From positions 1 through 10,717 of the forward strand of contig JAEOUH010000051.1 of the NCBI GenBank assembly GCA_016839365.1: a stretch of DNA of 10,717 nt. Direction: 5' to 3'. Positions 6,383-10,717 of this stretch are shown piece after piece (position 1 is the first letter of the stretch; each line of letters starts with the position of its first letter). The notes under the pieces are model-generated. The model did not search any database. It saw only the letters and a program-made list of their open reading frames with translations, and had not been told where the DNA came from. The stretch comes from Candidatus Hermodarchaeota archaeon (GTDB lineage: Archaea > Asgardarchaeota > Hermodarchaeia > Hermodarchaeales > Hermodarchaeaceae). The position numbers were made by a program, and so were the translations under genes.

Positions 6383-7636
6383 TTAAGTAGATGGGAGAAC
6401 ATCTGTACCATGGGGCATAGCCCAAACGGTGGAATCGTGCCCAACTTGCCTAAAAGCTGCTTTGAGCGCTTCCTCGACGGTCTTGAATGGAGTTACGTAA
6501 TAATGCTTTTCTAGCATCTTAGGGTCAAGCCTGGAGATCAAATACTGATGAACGCGTTCTGCTCCTTGTGCCATATAGAAGATTTTGTGACCGCCCATAA
6601 CGAAATTTGTCTGAATCTGATGGCTGAGGGCATCAAAAGAGGGATATTTGTGGGCCCAGTCCTCAAAGACTTGGTTTCCAATCCCTTCGCGGCATTCGAG
6701 GAGGGCAATGAGAACCCCTCCATCCTTTACGGCGCCAAGCGCATGTACCATCGCCTTTGTGCCTTGATATAGATTGATGTCTTTGGGGAATCCGCAACTA
6801 GTGATCACGATGTCGGCTTTCTCTTTGATTGGCACACGGCCCATCGAATCAGCAAACTGGGCTCCTTTTAGAAATGCCTGTTCAAGATCACCAGCATAGG
6901 CTGCGATGATTTCCTTTTTCGTATTTCGTACAAAATTCACGATGAAATCTGTTCGAGCAAGTTTAGCAGCCTCAGTCATATCGAGGTGGATGGGGTTGCC
7001 CTCAAGCTTTCCTGTTGATGCCAATCCATGGGTGAGCATTCCGTGATTTTTGTTAATCGTTGCCCGTCCACTTATTGCAGGCAACACACTTTTTCGTCCA
7101 CCACCAAATCCGGCATAATAATGATAGCCAATGTCACCGGTGAGTAAGTGAAGATCCGCCTCATGGAATATTCGGTTTATTTCAACTTCTGTGCCATAGG
7201 ATGTCGTCCCAACACGAACTAAATCATCAGCATCACAACTGTGAACCGCAACCTTATGGCTTTGGCATGCAACATCACAGAGGAGGCTCTCTTGTTCTTC
7301 AGGTGTTGTCGCTCTGTGTGTTCCTGTCCCAAAAATAATTGTTACATCGTTCTCTTTGATGCCTGCTGTTCGCAGTTGCTCCAGAAGGGGGTTAATCAGG
7401 ATATGACATGGAAGCCCCCGGGTATGATCATCAACTACAATAGCCACCGACTGTCCAGGCTGAGCAATATCCACGAGTTGGGGGGAATCAATTGGATTCA
7501 GAATGGCTTCTTTCACCGTCTTATTCGGATCCGAGACGCCTTCAACTGGTTTTGCATCTAATAACCCAAGATAATTCCTATCCGGTATTGCGAGACGAAC
7601 TTGATTTGATCCATAAGGGAAAATGACTTCTGTCAC
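6383..7636 (-). CDS. larA: LarA-family nickel-pincer-dependent alpha-hydroxy acid racemase/epimerase
   Basis: DDHTR, GTGTHR, HYYAGFGGGRKSVLP (NPN-binding Lys), NHG, GNPIHLDM, DINLYQGTKA, ECREGIG, MPHG. GAGGT SD before the GTG start. Substrate cannot be read from the sequence. Confidence 0.92.
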   Translation of the reverse strand: MTEVIFPYGSNQVRLAIPDRNYLGLLDAKPVEGVSDPNKTVKEAILNPIDSPQLVDIAQPGQSVAIVVDDHTRGLPCHILINPLLEQLRTAGIKENDVTIIFGTGTHRATTPEEQESLLCDVACQSHKVAVHSCDADDLVRVGTTSYGTEVEINRIFHEADLHLLTGDIGYHYYAGFGGGRKSVLPAISGRATINKNHGMLTHGLASTGKLEGNPIHLDMTEAAKLARTDFIVNFVRNTKKEIIAAYAGDLEQAFLKGAQFADSMGRVPIKEKADIVITSCGFPKDINLYQGTKAMVHALGAVKDGGVLIALLECREGIGNQVFEDWAHKYPSFDALSHQIQTNFVMGGHKIFYMAQGAERVHQYLISRLDPKMLEKHYYVTPFKTVEEALKAAFRQVGHDSTVWAMPHGTDVLPST

Positions 7637-7643
7637 CGCGATT

Positions 7644-7725
7644 ACCTCTAAAGGTCTTCGACTTTAGAATGGATTCATCACTCTAAATAAGAATTCTGCC
7701 TCAACAATCAGAATCCATTGAAGTC
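7644..7725 (-). promoter_or_regulatory. larA upstream region: TATA-like box, inverted repeats and SD
   Basis: Minus-strand TTATTTAG at 7683-7690; AATGGATTC (7668-7676) / GAATCCATT (7711-7719) inverted repeat; hairpin 7647-7668; SD GAGGT at 7644-7648. Confidence 0.45.
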
Positions 7726-7734
7726 CTTGGGGGC

Positions 7735-9066
7735 CTAGATGAGGCCTTGGCTTTGGAGCTTTTCGATTTCCTTGAATTTCTGTGGTAGGTACTCCTCGGT
7801 GACGTAGCTTAAGCCATACCGACTAAATGCCTGTTGTTCAGCTTTTCTTTCATTCTTCAGGAATAGTTTCAATTCCCTTTGCCAAAACTTTGTTTGATAG
7901 CGGGGGTCTTTCAACAGATCCTGCGTGCGTTTCTTATCGGTGTCAGTGAACGCGTCACTAGGCAGATCGTATCGCTGGATATCTGAAGCCCATACGCCCA
8001 TCCAAACGGCATCCGGGGTCGCTAACCCACGTAAGTGGGCTGCTGAAGCACTTCCGGAGATGATGACCATAGCAATGTGAGCACCCCAAGGATCTGCGTC
8101 AACAAAAAGAAACGTAGGGAGATTCAACTCATACCGTAGGCGTCGAATCGTTCGTCGAACACTTCGGGGTGCCTGGCCTGCTGTGTGAATTAGAAGGGCA
8201 TTTTGTGTTTCGTGTACGCCATCTTCGACAAATCGGGTAAACATCCCACCCGATTCGATTGCAATAACTTTCTTGGCTTTGCATCCGATGAATTTTGCAG
8301 AAGTTAGGTAGGGACCAATCATGAGCCCGTCAGGATGATCTGTACAATTGACCCGTTTACCTGCATATTTAGGAGGAGCGGTATACTCGATGGTAAGATC
8401 TCCGTAAATGGCCGCTCGTTCTTCGGGAAAAACTCGAAAGGATTCTCGAGGCGTTTTTAATTTTGCTTCGACATCGGTAATGGTGGTATCGCTTTCACTC
8501 TGTTGACCAAATTTCACGCCATATCCAAATGATTGATAGTAGATGTCTCGAAGCGTGCTTGATTTCCCTTCCGATAAGAGTTCTTTTAGAAATCGCATCA
8601 CCCAAACGAGTTGACTAAAACTACGAATTTGACCAACGTTCCTAGTTGACCGAGTAACCGTTTTCCCTGCCAACACATATTGACCTAACTCTTGATCAAA
8701 TCGGATATTCCCTGTACTGCGACTTGGTAGCTCAATCTCTGGAAATTCTCCCTTTGAGAGAGTTCGGTATAAGTTTTGACCAAGACCCTGCATATCTACA
8801 CGTATTTGGTCTGGAGTTTTTTGTTCTTCTTTGAACGCTTTAGGCTCCTTTCTGATTTGGCTGATTCGTTTTGCTTCTCCCTTAACCAATCGCCACTCAA
8901 GCTGTCCTCCAACCTTGCGAGCCTCAATTAATCCTTCTTCTTCCATCTTCTTCAGGAGTCGCCGAAGCTGCCCTGAATCGATTTTCAGTGCTTTTGTAAG
9001 GCGCCTTGTAGCCTTCCAACGCCGTGTAAGCTGTTTGAGAATTAAGTCAGGTGTTACTTCAGACAT
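7735..9066 (-). CDS. top6A: DNA topoisomerase VI subunit A (Spo11 family) with N-terminal extension
   Basis: LPSRSTGNI, STLRDIYY (catalytic Tyr region), QSESD, TOPRIM IAIESGGMF and FVDADPWG, TAGQAPR, KAEQQAF; directly downstream of top6B. Confidence 0.97.
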   Translation of the reverse strand: MSEVTPDLILKQLTRRWKATRRLTKALKIDSGQLRRLLKKMEEEGLIEARKVGGQLEWRLVKGEAKRISQIRKEPKAFKEEQKTPDQIRVDMQGLGQNLYRTLSKGEFPEIELPSRSTGNIRFDQELGQYVLAGKTVTRSTRNVGQIRSFSQLVWVMRFLKELLSEGKSSTLRDIYYQSFGYGVKFGQQSESDTTITDVEAKLKTPRESFRVFPEERAAIYGDLTIEYTAPPKYAGKRVNCTDHPDGLMIGPYLTSAKFIGCKAKKVIAIESGGMFTRFVEDGVHETQNALLIHTAGQAPRSVRRTIRRLRYELNLPTFLFVDADPWGAHIAMVIISGSASAAHLRGLATPDAVWMGVWASDIQRYDLPSDAFTDTDKKRTQDLLKDPRYQTKFWQRELKLFLKNERKAEQQAFSRYGLSYVTEEYLPQKFKEIEKLQSQGLI

Positions 9067-9083
9067 TTTCCTTCTCTCCGTGT

Positions 9084-10700
9084 CTAATAATCCTCCTCGC
9101 CCTCGAAATCATCGGGGTTTTCTACATTCGGCGGAGCTTCCTCTAAAAGCCCCTCTTCTACAGGCAGCTCTTCTTCAACTTCCTCCTCTGCTTCAAGTTT
9201 TATCGTTAAAGCACTCTCAACCAATGCTTTCGTGTCAGGAACTTTTCGTTTACCTGCTAAGGCGGCAATATCACGAGCGATTATGGGGAGATATTTTTCA
9301 TAGACGCTAGCTCGTACGCGCTCACGCTGAACCCGTTCTTTTTGGCGCAAATGCCCTTTTAGACTCCGGGCACATTCCATTAATCCCATACGAATATCGT
9401 GCTCTAACTCGGTAAGATCTGCGATGAATTCTTTTCCAGCCGTTTTGAAAGGAATTTTGGTGCTCACAACGGCGACAAAGGCCGCAATAGGCATTCCTGG
9501 TCTTATCCGATACCGCGACCAAGGAATAGCACGGATAACTTTGGCAGCCACATCCTTGTATTCATCAAAAATCAAAGGAATCCGATTTGCAAATCGATAG
9601 ATGATTATCGATTCCTTTGGGGGGACATCACCGCCATAAGCCAGACCGCATTCAACGATGAACGGGTGACCTCCGTAACTATTTGGCGGGCGTTGGGTTA
9701 CTTGGACAAATTCGGGGTTGAGTGTTGAATGAATGCCCGTTTCAAGAAGTTTCGTGCCTAGGGGTGAAAGAACTCGCGCATCTGGTGGCAACCATTTTTC
9801 AAAAGTCTCGAATCCCCGAGCGATCTTGACTAAGTCATTGGGCTTGAGCCCTCGGGGATCTTGTGAAAATGGCATGTTAATGGTTTTTAGAAATGCTTTA
9901 GCGGTTTTCGGTCCTACTCGGTGGAAATGGGTTCGTAGAAACGTCACCATATCTCTAGTCTTGGTTTCTTCGACCACACGTGAAAGTTGTTCGATATCCA
10001 TTCCCTTTGGATGGGGATTAACCGACTGTGGGGGTGCGGGTAATGACTTCACTGTTCGTTTGTATTTATGCACCGTTCCATCGGGTTCTGTGAAGGTTAA
10101 GTTGGCATAAGGTGTTATGAGGGCGGTCTGTTCGATGTAATCCAGTATATACCGTTTGGCTGTGCGCCAGTTCCCCTCTAGGGTAAATTCAAGCGTACAC
10201 CCATGCTCATCGTTTCGATTCTTACGGCGTTCCCATTTCATGAGTTCTGGTTTGTTTTCTTCAATATCTTGTCGGAGTAGGACTTCGAAGACATGGTCGC
10301 CACCCACGGGAGCAGAAGTCACATGCAATGGTTCGCTTGTGGTGATTTGTCCAAAGAGAAAGGCCATCTTTCCTCCCAGGCCAAACCGTCCTCGCGCTTG
10401 TTTGTGTTCATATTTTGACCCGTATAGGATTTGACCAAAGGCGGGAAGAATATGGTCTCGGGGAACGCCAATCCCGTTATCCTCTACGCGTAAATTATAC
10501 CAATCGGGTGCGACTTCCTTCAGTTTGACATCAATTGTTGGGAGAAATCCTCCATCCTCGCAGGCGTCGAGGGAATTCTCAACGAGTTCGCGGACTGCCG
10601 TGTACAGGGCTCGCATAGTATTATCAAACCCAGCGATTGACCGGTTGCGATAGAAGAAATCGGCTGGGGATATTGACTCAAACGTCACAGTTGTGGTCAT
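9084..10700 (-). CDS. top6B: DNA topoisomerase VI subunit B
   Basis: ISPADFFYRNR, GHKL motifs ELVENSLDA / VEDNGIG / GSKY..QARGRFGLG, PHPKG, H2TH RVGPKTA, RFANRIPL, WSRY (WKxY-like), STKIPFKTAGKE; acidic C-terminal tail. Confidence 0.98.
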   Translation of the reverse strand: MTTTVTFESISPADFFYRNRSIAGFDNTMRALYTAVRELVENSLDACEDGGFLPTIDVKLKEVAPDWYNLRVEDNGIGVPRDHILPAFGQILYGSKYEHKQARGRFGLGGKMAFLFGQITTSEPLHVTSAPVGGDHVFEVLLRQDIEENKPELMKWERRKNRNDEHGCTLEFTLEGNWRTAKRYILDYIEQTALITPYANLTFTEPDGTVHKYKRTVKSLPAPPQSVNPHPKGMDIEQLSRVVEETKTRDMVTFLRTHFHRVGPKTAKAFLKTINMPFSQDPRGLKPNDLVKIARGFETFEKWLPPDARVLSPLGTKLLETGIHSTLNPEFVQVTQRPPNSYGGHPFIVECGLAYGGDVPPKESIIIYRFANRIPLIFDEYKDVAAKVIRAIPWSRYRIRPGMPIAAFVAVVSTKIPFKTAGKEFIADLTELEHDIRMGLMECARSLKGHLRQKERVQRERVRASVYEKYLPIIARDIAALAGKRKVPDTKALVESALTIKLEAEEEVEEELPVEEGLLEEAPPNVENPDDFEGEEDY

Positions 10701-10717
10701 TTTTACCGCCTACACGC

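Noticed and set aside
8881-9066. Z-alpha (Z-DNA binding) identity for the Top6A N-terminal domain, suggested by the wing Trp (LEWRL versus PLWKI)
   Set aside because: The recognition helix SGQLRRLLKKM lacks the Z-alpha Asn and Tyr (KKEINRVLYSL) and the wing lacks the prolines, so a generic wHTH is the supportable call.
1026-10434. Other short ORFs (1026, 1930, 2350, 2798, 3257, 3743, 4617, 4724, 5033, 5751, 6538, 6548, 7241, 8831, 9322, 9733, 10156)
   Set aside because: All overlap well-supported genes in antisense or alternative frames and show no recognisable motifs.
1-10717. CRISPR array, tRNA/rRNA, IS elements
   Set aside because: All intergenic gaps are under 120 nt, with no repeat-spacer periodicity, cloverleaf or transposase motifs.

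Overview
Gene-dense archaeal housekeeping window; the gene content (TopoVI, AMP phosphorylase, Ard1, Get3-like ATPase) suggests TACK/Asgard, but that is inference only. The minus strand carries top6B, top6A and a larA-family gene, converging on a plus-strand M50 site-2 protease. Divergent from the protease on the minus strand are an Ard1 N-terminal acetyltransferase, AMP phosphorylase, a CaCA-family cation exchanger, a degenerate alkaline-phosphatase-fold protein, a small 3-TM protein and a Get3/TRC40-like ATPase. The ATPase runs off the left edge and is missing from the ORF track. I saw no RNA genes, CRISPR arrays or mobile elements. Best leads: (1) a TopoVI whose A subunit has an extra basic N-terminal winged-helix and whose B subunit ends in a 50% acidic tail, possibly a regulatory pair; (2) a pseudo-phosphatase / 3-TM protein / Get3 cluster that may be a tail-anchored protein targeting module.
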